NCBI GenBank assembly: GCA_963848635.1
Contig: CAWKEA010000005.1
Location: 175,341-239,340, forward strand
DNA from: an uncultured bacterium
GTDB taxonomy: Bacteria > Patescibacteriota > Minisyncoccia > Phycocordibacterales > PALSA-1337
DNA: 64,000 nucleotides
Direction: 5' to 3'
The position numbers and the translations under genes are program-made. Shown here piece by piece: positions 56,419 to 64,000 of the stretch. Position 1 is the stretch's first letter, and the number at the start of each line of letters is the position of its first letter. Below the pieces are notes generated by a model that had not been told where the DNA came from, ran no database searches, and was given only the letters and a program-made list of their open reading frames with translations.

Positions 56419-58293
56419 TTATTCCCCCGCCCGCATCATCTTTACAAAAACCTCCTGCGGTATATTAACCGAACCGTGCTCTTTGAGGCGCTTGCGGCCC
56501 TCTTTTTGCTTTTCGCGGAGCTTCATCTTGCGGGTGATGTCGCCGCCGGAAAGCGTGCCTGCGGCGTCCTTTTTCTTGCCAGAAACCGTGCGCGACGAGA
56601 TGATGCGGCCGAGAGCCTTGGCTTGGACCTTGAACGTAAAGAGCTCTCGCGGCAAAATTTTATAAAGCTTTTCGACGACTTCCTCGGCCTCCTGCTCGGC
56701 ACGGCGGCGCGAGACGACACGAGTGAAAGCGACCACAGGCTCGTCGGCTACAAGGATATCCATTCGGACGACATCGGCCGGACGGCTGTCGGTTATGTCA
56801 TACGAGATCGAGGCATAGCCGGACGAAACGCTCTTTGCCTCATCGAAAAAATTACGCATGAGCTCGCGCAAAGGCATGCGCAGAGTGAGCATCGTCCTGT
56901 TGTCGCCAAAATTATCCGTGCCTGTTATCTCCCCTTCATGATCGTAGAGCAATTTCATTATTCCTCCGATATACGCCGGCGGCGTGATTATCTTCATGGT
57001 GACGATCGGTTCGACCACTGACTTGACCTCGTTCTCGTCCGGAAAAAGAGCAGGCGAATAGATCGTGACCATTTTTCCATCCTTTTTTTCGACAATGTAC
57101 GTGATCGACGGCGTAGTGACGACAAGGTTCAAGTTGAATTCGCGATGCAGGCGCTCGGTTATTATCTCCATATGCAACATGCCGAGAAAGCCGCAACGAT
57201 AGCCTTTGCCCAACGTGCCCGAAGCCTCTTCTTCATAGGTAAAGGAAGAATCAGACAAGCGCAAACGGCCAAGAGCCTGACGCAAGAGCGCGAGATCGTC
57301 CTGCGATTCTGGATAGACAGACGCCCAGACGACGGGCCGAGGGCTCTGATAGCCGGGCATAGGCGCCTGCGTATCCTTGAGCGACGCAACGGTGTCTCCG
57401 ACAGACGCGACGCCCGGCTCCTTTATCCCTGTGACGATATAGCCGATCTCGCCCGCTGAAAGCGATTCCATCGGGACATTGTCAGGAGAAAAGATGCCGA
57501 CCTCGAGCGCTTCGAACGCGCGCTTTGAATTCTTGAAGATGAGCTTGTCGTGACGGCGAACCGAGCCCTGCATGACGCGCACATAGACGATGACGCCGGT
57601 GTGATTGGAATATTGGAAGTCAAAGATGAGGGAGCGGAAGGCTGAATTATCTGAGCTTCGCGACGGAAGAGTCTCGCCCTGCGTCGGCGGCGGCACCCGC
57701 TTTATCACCTCTTCCAACAGATGCGCCACGCCTTCGCCTGTCTTGCCGGAGACTTTCAAGATGTCCTCAGGCTTGCAGTCAAGAAGCTGGCAGACTTCAT
57801 GGACGACTTCTTCGGTCATGGCAAGCGGCGAGTCGATCTTTGAAACCGTCGGGATGATGGTGAGACCTGCTTCTCGTGCCATCGCGAGCGTCGTCAAGGT
57901 CTGCGCTTGGACGCCCTGCGTCGCATCGACAAGAAGAATGGAACCTTCGACGGCCTTCAGCGCGCGCGAGACTTCATAGGAAAAATCGATGTGGCCGGGC
58001 GTGTCGATGAGGTTGAGGATGTATTCTTGATCATCTTTGCCTTCAATCACTGGTCCTTGATCTTCAGTTTTGAATTTTGAGTTTTGAGCTTTCAGTTTCC
58101 ATTTCATTCTGACCGGTTGCATCTTTATCGTGATCCCCCTCTCGCGCTCGAGCTCCATGCTGTCGAGGACTTGCTCCTGCATCTTGCGCTTTTCGATGGT
58201 GCCGGTTATCTCGAGCAGACGATCGGCAAGAGTGCTCTTGCCGTGGTCGATGTGAGCTATGATGCTGAAATTGCGTATATGAGATGAATCCAT
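56419..58293 (-). CDS. lepA: Elongation factor 4 (LepA) with short in-frame low-complexity insertion in the G domain
   Basis: 'IIAHIDHGKSTLADRLL', 'DTPGHIDF', C-terminal LepA-specific domain. Insertion 'KWKLKAQNSKFKTEDQGPVIEGKDDQ' before 'YILNLIDTPGH'. Confidence 0.9.
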   Translation of the reverse strand: MDSSHIRNFSIIAHIDHGKSTLADRLLEITGTIEKRKMQEQVLDSMELERERGITIKMQPVRMKWKLKAQNSKFKTEDQGPVIEGKDDQEYILNLIDTPGHIDFSYEVSRALKAVEGSILLVDATQGVQAQTLTTLAMAREAGLTIIPTVSKIDSPLAMTEEVVHEVCQLLDCKPEDILKVSGKTGEGVAHLLEEVIKRVPPPTQGETLPSRSSDNSAFRSLIFDFQYSNHTGVIVYVRVMQGSVRRHDKLIFKNSKRAFEALEVGIFSPDNVPMESLSAGEIGYIVTGIKEPGVASVGDTVASLKDTQAPMPGYQSPRPVVWASVYPESQDDLALLRQALGRLRLSDSSFTYEEEASGTLGKGYRCGFLGMLHMEIITERLHREFNLNLVVTTPSITYIVEKKDGKMVTIYSPALFPDENEVKSVVEPIVTMKIITPPAYIGGIMKLLYDHEGEITGTDNFGDNRTMLTLRMPLRELMRNFFDEAKSVSSGYASISYDITDSRPADVVRMDILVADEPVVAFTRVVSRRRAEQEAEEVVEKLYKILPRELFTFKVQAKALGRIISSRTVSGKKKDAAGTLSGGDITRKMKLREKQKEGRKRLKEHGSVNIPQEVFVKMMRAGE

Positions 58294-58372
58294 GAAAGTG
58301 TCTCGTATACTAGCAGAAAACATTGAAAAAAGCAGGTTTTACAAGGTGGCGCCTCAATCGCGAACAAGGTAG

Positions 58373-58397
58373 CATGTCAAGATGACATCTTGACATG
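58373..58397. repeat. REP-like palindrome CATGTCAAGATGACATCTTGACATG (12-bp arms)
   Basis: Read directly, between lepA and the RRM gene. Confidence 0.8.
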
Positions 58398-58472
58398 GCA
58401 TTGCAACAAAAAACCGCCCAAACTTTTACATTTGCGCGGTTCTTTGTTTTTGACGAGAGGTACGCTCTGTCT

Positions 58473-58748
58473 TTAGCGCGCCATGCGAGGAGCGCGAGGC
58501 TCCATCGGGCGTGCTTCGTTGACGGTAAGCGCTCTTCCATCCATTTCCTTGCCATTGAACATATCAATAGCCTTGGCAGCCTCGTCATCCGCGGACATTT
58601 CCACGAATCCGAAACCCTTTGAACGGCCGGTCATCTTGTCTATGATAACCGTTGCTGATGCGACTGCGCCTGCTTGCTCAAAATAAGTCTTGAGCGAAGC
58701 GTCGTTAGTCGTATAAGGCAGATTGCCTACATATAGCTTTTTTGCCAT
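58473..58748 (-). CDS. RRM-domain RNA-binding protein
   Basis: RNP-2 'LYVGNLPY' and RNP-1 'KGFGFVEM'. 91 aa. Confidence 0.8.
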   Translation of the reverse strand: MAKKLYVGNLPYTTNDASLKTYFEQAGAVASATVIIDKMTGRSKGFGFVEMSADDEAAKAIDMFNGKEMDGRALTVNEARPMEPRAPRMAR

Positions 58749-58849
58749 TTTTCTTTATAACCCTCGTCTTTTACAATAACGGTAAGCGATGAGGAAAACT
58801 TACACCCTGGCATCATAGCACAGAGCGGCTATTTTTGCAAGTTTTGCGT

Positions 58850-58870
58850 CGTCAAGATGACATCTTGACG
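58850..58870. repeat. REP-like palindrome CGTCAAGATGACATCTTGACG (upstream flank of the RAYT gene)
   Basis: Perfect 10-bp arms. Confidence 0.8.
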
Positions 58871-58890
58871 TACTGCTCTGCTGCTCTGCT

Positions 58891-58949
58891 CTTTTCTTTA
58901 TAATTCTTTATAATTATTTTAATATTTCTTAATAACCGGTCTGTATAAT
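58891..58949 (+). promoter_or_regulatory. Conserved promoter module, copy 5, with TATAAT -10, upstream of the RAYT gene
   Basis: cttttctttataattctttataattattttaatatttcttaataaccggtctgTATAAT. Confidence 0.5.
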
Positions 58950-58976
58950 TTTGTACGAGATGACATCTTGAACATC

Positions 58977-59573
58977 ATGCACATAATCGGCGAACGATAT
59001 CACGTCTACAATCGCGGCGCGCATAAAGCGCCTATTTTCAATGACTCAGGCGACTATGATCGACTTATGGCGTTGCTATATATCGCCAACACCTCAAAAA
59101 GGCTCGTTTTCAGCAGAATAAAGGAGGGCGACATTTTCTCGATCGAAAGGCCTGACACCCTCGTCGGAATATTCACCTATTGCCTCATGCCGAACCATTT
59201 ACATATCGGCATGGTTGAAAAAGAAGAAGATGGCATCGAACGATTCCTGAAAAAGCTCGGCATAGCGTACGGCATGTACTATAACAAAAAATATAGCCAT
59301 TCCGGCACTTTGTTTCAAGGCGCATGCAAATGCAAACATATAGACAGCCAAGAATACCTGCAATATCTCATCGAATACATACATTTGAACCCATTTGGAA
59401 TCGAGGAACCGGATCTCTTAAAAGAAGCCAGGCGTGAGCTTCGCGACGAAGCGGTCGCATTCTCGAAAAATTACAGATATTCGAGCTTCATGGATTATCT
59501 TGGCGTCAAACGCCCAGAAAACGCGATTTTGTGTCAAGATAACATCTCGCACAGCGTCAAGATGACATCTTGA
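58977..59573 (+). CDS. REP-associated tyrosine transposase (RAYT; IS200/IS605 TnpA-like HUH-Y1 enzyme)
   Basis: 'HVYNRG' N-terminus, HUH 'LMPNHLHIGM', catalytic Tyr in 'LQYLIEYIHLNP'. Flanked by REP copies at 58850, 58956 and 59555. The last one overlaps the stop. Confidence 0.75.
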   Translation: MHIIGERYHVYNRGAHKAPIFNDSGDYDRLMALLYIANTSKRLVFSRIKEGDIFSIERPDTLVGIFTYCLMPNHLHIGMVEKEEDGIERFLKKLGIAYGMYYNKKYSHSGTLFQGACKCKHIDSQEYLQYLIEYIHLNPFGIEEPDLLKEARRELRDEAVAFSKNYRYSSFMDYLGVKRPENAILCQDNISHSVKMTS

Positions 59574-59575
59574 CG
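59555..59575. repeat. REP-like palindrome CGTCAAGATGACATCTTGACG overlapping the RAYT stop codon; a degenerate copy sits at 59530-59552
   Basis: Perfect 10-bp arms. Confidence 0.8.
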
Positions 59576-59583
59576 CAAAGTGA

Positions 59584-61764
59584 TTACCTTCCCATATCAT
59601 ACAACTGCTTGACCTCCCCCGCCGACAAGGCGCGGTTGTAGATGCGATAATCATCTATGGAGCCATTAAATGTATAACTAGAAACGTTACTAGTACTTAT
59701 TGTTCCATTATTAAATGGTATAGTTGTAGACCCTACATTATAGGATGCTTGGAAAATACCATTCTTATATATCGACGCAGTTATTCCTTTCCGTTCTATA
59801 AGAATGAAGTTCCAAGTATTGAAATCCATACCTACGCTAATTGCCCAACTGCCACATCCAGTACCATTTATACAGTAGTAAGAACCTCCACCAGATGGAT
59901 TTATATATAGACGATTATTTGTGTCGTGATACCACAAAGAGTTATGGCCATTCGTACTACTGGCTGATTTCACCCATGCTGACAATGTAAAATCTCCCAT
60001 CGCGGCAGGAAGCCCAGATAGACCGGTAATATAACTATTCGCCCCATTAAACCTCAACGCCTGACCGATCTTCCCTACCACAGGACTTGTCGTCGCGGAC
60101 ATATTGACCAATGTGCCTGTGTTGCCGTTGCCGCTTCTGTCGGTAGTCGTGGCGGCCGTCCAATTGATATCCTTGCCGTCGAATGTCCAATATCCGACGA
60201 GACCGCAGGTAAGGCCGCTTGAGCATGATGTTGAAACTATGCCGGGGGCGCTTGGCGAGGCGTCGGAATGCCCAGCGGAACCCATGTCGTAGAGCTGAAG
60301 GACTTCCGAGGCGGAGAGGGCGCGGTTGTAGATGCGGACGTCGTCGATGGCGCCGGGATAGAAAAGAGAGACTCCAGAACCAATCAAGACGCCTTCAAAT
60401 GAACGAGTAACGGATGTTGGCGCTCCAGCACCTGAATAGGTCAAGACTCCATTGAGATACACGGAGACATTCGAACCATTCAGCACACCTACTATATGAT
60501 TCCATTTGCCATAACTTATAGTACCGGATTGGAACGCAGCTATGTTCGTTCCATTTGGATCTACTTGAAATCCAATGTCAGTACCTGGAGAATTTCGTAT
60601 ATATAGGCAGAATGCATTACTATATAGGCCAGCATCATTGTTACAAATCACTGGTTTATTCCCAGAACTCGCTGTTGGTTTAATCCACACGGAATAACTC
60701 TGATTTCCCGTTAAATTCAAACTCGCACCAGTCCCACCATTCACATACTGACTCGTCCCATTAAACCCCAACGCCTGACCGATCTTCCCTACCACAGGAC
60801 TTGTCGTCGCGGACATATTGACCAATGTGCCTGTGTTGCCGTTGCCGCTTCTGTCGGTAGTCGTGGCGGCCGTCCAATTGATATCCTTGCCATCGAATGT
60901 CCAATATCCGACGAGACCGCAGGTAAGGCCGCTTGAGCATGATGTTGAAACTATGCCGGGGGCGCTTGGCGAGGCGTCGGAATGCCCAGCCGAGCCCATA
61001 TCGTAGAGCTGGAGGATTTCGGCGGCGGAAAGGGCGCGCTTGTAGACATGGATATCATCCAATCTTCCGCCCCAGTTTCCATCGCCATAAGCATCGCGAG
61101 CGCCGATAGTGCTCGACGGACCAATCGAATCTGAATTGCTTGATGTCGCCAATGAAACGCCGTTCGAGTAAAGAGCTATGCCACTGCCGTTCCATACATA
61201 GCACACATGGCTCCATGTGTTATTTTTGAAGACCTGAGCGCTCGATTGCGCTCCATAAGCCGTGCCGCCGACTTTATATGCCACGCCAAAACTACCGGTA
61301 TTGACGATCTCTTCCATATCTATGCCATTGGAGGAATTAATGTATAAGTTGAGGAACGTCTGATTCCATGCATTCGGAAAAAGAGTTATGTCTTTTATAT
61401 ATGCCCAAGCGCACACTGAGCCTGGACTGGAAGTCGTAGCGATAGGGCTCGAAGCAAGACTGATATATGTAGTAGCGCCATCAAACGAGAGCGCTTGGCC
61501 AACTTTGCCTACGGCAGTACTTGTCGTTGCGGACATATTAGCCATGGTGCCAGTATTTCCATTGCCGCTTCTGTCGGTAGTCGTGGCGGCCGTCCAATTG
61601 ATATCCTTGCCGTCAAATGTCCAGTAGGCGACCAAACCATTCGAAATGTTGAGAAGATATGGCGGCGCAGACATGATGGCGGCATATATTTTGAAAGGAA
61701 TGGCAAACGACATTGCGCATGAGAGAAGATATATACAAGATATGATCAAGGACTTTTTATTCAT
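59584..61764 (-). CDS. Secreted protein with three tandem LamG-like (concanavalin-A-like lectin) domains
   Basis: Signal peptide. Three units with 'GLVGYWTFDGKDINWTAATTTDRSGNGNTGT...GQAL.F.G...DDVRIYNRALSA.E..QLY'. Two ~190-bp stretches are nucleotide-identical (60104-60292 and 60818-61006). Confidence 0.75.
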   Translation of the reverse strand: MNKKSLIISCIYLLSCAMSFAIPFKIYAAIMSAPPYLLNISNGLVAYWTFDGKDINWTAATTTDRSGNGNTGTMANMSATTSTAVGKVGQALSFDGATTYISLASSPIATTSSPGSVCAWAYIKDITLFPNAWNQTFLNLYINSSNGIDMEEIVNTGSFGVAYKVGGTAYGAQSSAQVFKNNTWSHVCYVWNGSGIALYSNGVSLATSSNSDSIGPSSTIGARDAYGDGNWGGRLDDIHVYKRALSAAEILQLYDMGSAGHSDASPSAPGIVSTSCSSGLTCGLVGYWTFDGKDINWTAATTTDRSGNGNTGTLVNMSATTSPVVGKIGQALGFNGTSQYVNGGTGASLNLTGNQSYSVWIKPTASSGNKPVICNNDAGLYSNAFCLYIRNSPGTDIGFQVDPNGTNIAAFQSGTISYGKWNHIVGVLNGSNVSVYLNGVLTYSGAGAPTSVTRSFEGVLIGSGVSLFYPGAIDDVRIYNRALSASEVLQLYDMGSAGHSDASPSAPGIVSTSCSSGLTCGLVGYWTFDGKDINWTAATTTDRSGNGNTGTLVNMSATTSPVVGKIGQALRFNGANSYITGLSGLPAAMGDFTLSAWVKSASSTNGHNSLWYHDTNNRLYINPSGGGSYYCINGTGCGSWAISVGMDFNTWNFILIERKGITASIYKNGIFQASYNVGSTTIPFNNGTISTSNVSSYTFNGSIDDYRIYNRALSAGEVKQLYDMGR

Positions 61765-62684
61765 ATAGATAGACGATCGGCCAATGACCGATGCTGTTGT
61801 GATTCGGCTATATACATGCTTTGTATGGCTGAAATAGGAAGGGCTTGGCCGTATATGCGCACATTATCGACATAATATGGATAGTCAGGACCGCCGAGAA
61901 TGTTGCCGTAGCCTTGGATGGTCACAACTTTATTAGTACCAAAGCCACAAGAGCCTACTCCGCCAGTGCCGCCGCTGGAAGCTATAAATTTTGCATTCAT
62001 ATATATACCGATCTTATTTGTTCCAGTACTGCATACGAGCACTATTTGTGTCCACTGATTGAGCGGTGGAACAGGGACTGAAAGATTTATCGTTCCTCCG
62101 CCAGGATTAAAGTCGAACAAGATAAGACCATTGCTGACATTATGCACGGATAAATCCCATGAGCCAGCACTATTGAGATTACTTGCTGCATTGTTCGATA
62201 TAAAGCTAAAAGCGCCCCAATTCGTCGGATAAAGCCACAAAGAAACGCTGAAATCTCCGGTCGGATAATTATTCAGTGAAGGCGATGCGGCAGTGTCGCT
62301 TGAACCGGTGTTTATATACAGAGCCTTGCCTGAAGGGAAAGGATTCGGTGAAGCAACCAAAGAAGCAGAATCGGAAAGCGTCAAATTGTTGTTATTACTG
62401 CTTTGATCTTTGGCGATCAAGCCGCTGTCATTATCAAAATTCCAATCGGCGACGAGGTTGCTGTAGAGCGCGGCATAGGTGTTTCCGTCGAAGGTCTGGT
62501 TGGCGGCGGTGACGCCCTTTGTCCTCGCTCCGACGAGCGCGGCCATGATGATAGACGACAAAAGGCCGATGATGGAGACAACCACAAGAAGCTCGATCAG
62601 AGTAAAGCCATCGCTCCCGGGCGCGTCTTGTGGGATTGTCTCGGCCCGATGGGCGAAAGAAAAGATGATGATTCGAAATTTCAT
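61761..62684 (-). CDS. Type IV pilin-like protein with C-terminal LamG-like domain
   Basis: 'GFTLIELLVVVSIIGLLSSI' prepilin methylation motif. C-terminal 'YVDNVRIYGQALPISAIQSMY' LamG hallmark. Confidence 0.7.
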   Translation of the reverse strand: MKFRIIIFSFAHRAETIPQDAPGSDGFTLIELLVVVSIIGLLSSIIMAALVGARTKGVTAANQTFDGNTYAALYSNLVADWNFDNDSGLIAKDQSSNNNNLTLSDSASLVASPNPFPSGKALYINTGSSDTAASPSLNNYPTGDFSVSLWLYPTNWGAFSFISNNAASNLNSAGSWDLSVHNVSNGLILFDFNPGGGTINLSVPVPPLNQWTQIVLVCSTGTNKIGIYMNAKFIASSGGTGGVGSCGFGTNKVVTIQGYGNILGGPDYPYYVDNVRIYGQALPISAIQSMYIAESQQHRSLADRLSI

Positions 62685-62729
62685 GGATGTAATAATATAA
62701 CTTTTGATGTCTGAAATAAAGGATCTTGA

Positions 62730-64000
62730 TCAGTTGCCGCCGTCCACCGAACCGCTGGGATCAGAAGCCAGTGGTGGCACTGTTCCCCCAGACGGCGCTC
62801 CTGATGGAGCCGCAACAGGATCAGAAATCGCACTGCTTGTCGGAGCTGAGGCTGTGTCGGACGAATTCGCATCGCTTGATGAAGGATTTGCCGATGACTG
62901 GTCGACAGACGATGACGAGCTCGGGACAGAGCTTGTCGCGGCAGTCGAGGTTGTGGTAACAGAAGAAGCCGAGGCGGCTGATGACGCAGACGACGAGGCT
63001 ACGGCAGATGCAGAAGTCGAAGAGGAAGCTGAGGCCGGAGTCGAGGTTGAAGCCGATGTTGAAATTGATGTTGAAATTGATGTTGAAGCCGATGCGTTTG
63101 CGTTCGTTTGAGAAGCATTTGTCTGCTCTTGATCATTGTTCTCTACATTGGTAACAGCGTTCGATGTTTGGCTACCATTTGTAGCCGTAACCGGCGTCGG
63201 AACAAACATAGCCGAGGTCGATGTCGCTGTGGAACAAGCGCCCAGCGTCTTCGCAAAATCTCCGTCCGTTATCCTGACGCAATATATCTGGCCCGTCGCA
63301 GAATCTGTCATCTGCAATCCGTTCGTCACCGAAGCAGTCTGCGCTTCCAGCGTCTGCGTCTGTATGTCATTCGAATATATCGTCGTCGCGGTCAGCTTTG
63401 CGATGACCCAATTCCCTGCCGACTGGATGAGATTTTGAACCGCAGTGGCGATGGCTTCTATGAATGACGTCGAGGTGGCCAATTCTGTCTCAGTCGTGGA
63501 AGCCAGAGTCTCGGTCGATGAGGCAAGCATAGACAAGGCCAGGGTCGTCGAATCAAAATCTGACTGCAAGCTGGCAGTAGTCGATGAAAGCACGGCCAGC
63601 GAAGATGAAAACGCCGACATATTCTGCTCGTCCGCCGCCACAGCGGCAGTCAACTGGGACAAGGACAGCTGTGTGGTGCTCTGATTCGAGAGGATCGACA
63701 AGTTCGTCGACGAAGCCAAGGCTGACAGCTGGCTGCTGATCGCATTCATCGACTGCCCGTAACATTGCGATCCGTTGGCACAGATGTCGCCCGGCACGGT
63801 CAGATTGCCATTCTCGTCGATGGACAAAACTGTAGCGTTATTTTGATTCTCGACATAGAGGCCATTGGCTCCGCCTTGAGTCGTCGTCGCAGTGGTCGAC
63901 GCTTCTGTGAATCTGAAACCGTTCGCAAAGACAAGGTCGCCGTTATACGAAGTGGTCGATCGAAGGACGCCATTGACATACAAATTGCCGGTAATCGTAG
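62730..64000 (-). CDS. Large Ser/Thr/Ala-rich secreted or fibrous protein (partial; start lies beyond the window end)
   Basis: Open frame runs to the window edge. Structured region 'IYCVRITDGDFAKTLGAC' followed by a S/T/A tail. Confidence 0.55.
   Translation of the reverse strand, partial: TITGNLYVNGVLRSTTSYNGDLVFANGFRFTEASTTATTTQGGANGLYVENQNNATVLSIDENGNLTVPGDICANGSQCYGQSMNAISSQLSALASSTNLSILSNQSTTQLSLSQLTAAVAADEQNMSAFSSSLAVLSSTTASLQSDFDSTTLALSMLASSTETLASTTETELATSTSFIEAIATAVQNLIQSAGNWVIAKLTATTIYSNDIQTQTLEAQTASVTNGLQMTDSATGQIYCVRITDGDFAKTLGACSTATSTSAMFVPTPVTATNGSQTSNAVTNVENNDQEQTNASQTNANASASTSISTSISTSASTSTPASASSSTSASAVASSSASSAASASSVTTTSTAATSSVPSSSSSVDQSSANPSSSDANSSDTASAPTSSAISDPVAAPSGAPSGGTVPPLASDPSGSVDGGN

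Noticed and set aside
62704-63111. Acidic D/E/A-rich plus-strand ORF (135 aa)
   Set aside because: It is antisense to the continuous minus-strand S/T-rich protein gene. The composition is a mirror artefact of the low-complexity coding strand.

Overview
This window reads as a roughly 50% GC, gene-dense bacterial chromosome segment with several AT-rich insertions. Calling it a Candidate Phyla Radiation / Patescibacteria-type genome is inference from gene content, not a measurement.

The conserved backbone I can support from the sequence:
- DNA repair and replication: uvrA, uvrC and uvrB, dnaB, recR, holB, topA, parB, dprA, a family-4 UDG.
- Translation and tRNA: rplU, an S1-domain protein, typA, lepA, truB, and six tRNAs (Leu, Ala, Ser, Phe, Arg, Gly).
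- Pentose-phosphate genes (rpiB, rpe, split tktA and tktB), gap and ddl.
- Type IV pilin / LamG adhesin genes and a roughly 970-aa surface protein.

Features beyond the backbone:
1. Competence genes behind a shared promoter. ComEC carries a C-terminal HNH-like nuclease in place of the usual metallo-beta-lactamase domain. An LTD protein and DprA sit nearby. All three share a conserved roughly 45-bp promoter module that also fronts a REP-associated tyrosine transposase (RAYT).
2. A dispersed palindrome, GTCAAGATGWCATCTTGAC, in at least eight copies. Copies flank the RAYT gene, and two lie in-frame inside recR and rpe. This is a REP/RAYT system.
3. Short repeat units inserted in-frame into holB, topA, uvrC, uvrB and lepA, also present in intergenic DNA.
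4. Duplicated tRNA 3' ends downstream of tRNA-Leu, tRNA-Gly and tRNA-Phe. Those at tRNA-Leu and tRNA-Gly enclose roughly 135-140-bp homologous mini-elements.
5. A TIR-bounded two-gene AT-rich cassette between dnaB and recR.
6. A four-gene minus-strand operon: an ATP-cone / Mrr-like nuclease, a GNAT, a MazG-like enzyme and a nucleoside-deoxyribosyltransferase-like protein. This looks like a candidate nucleotide-based defence or modification module.
7. Other islands: one with a RhuM-family gene, a HigBA-like toxin-antitoxin pair, and a small cassette targeted to the gap 3' end.
8. Four frameshifted genes. Two of the junctions fall in homopolymer runs, so assembly indel errors are as likely as real pseudogenes.

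I found no rRNA genes and no CRISPR array.
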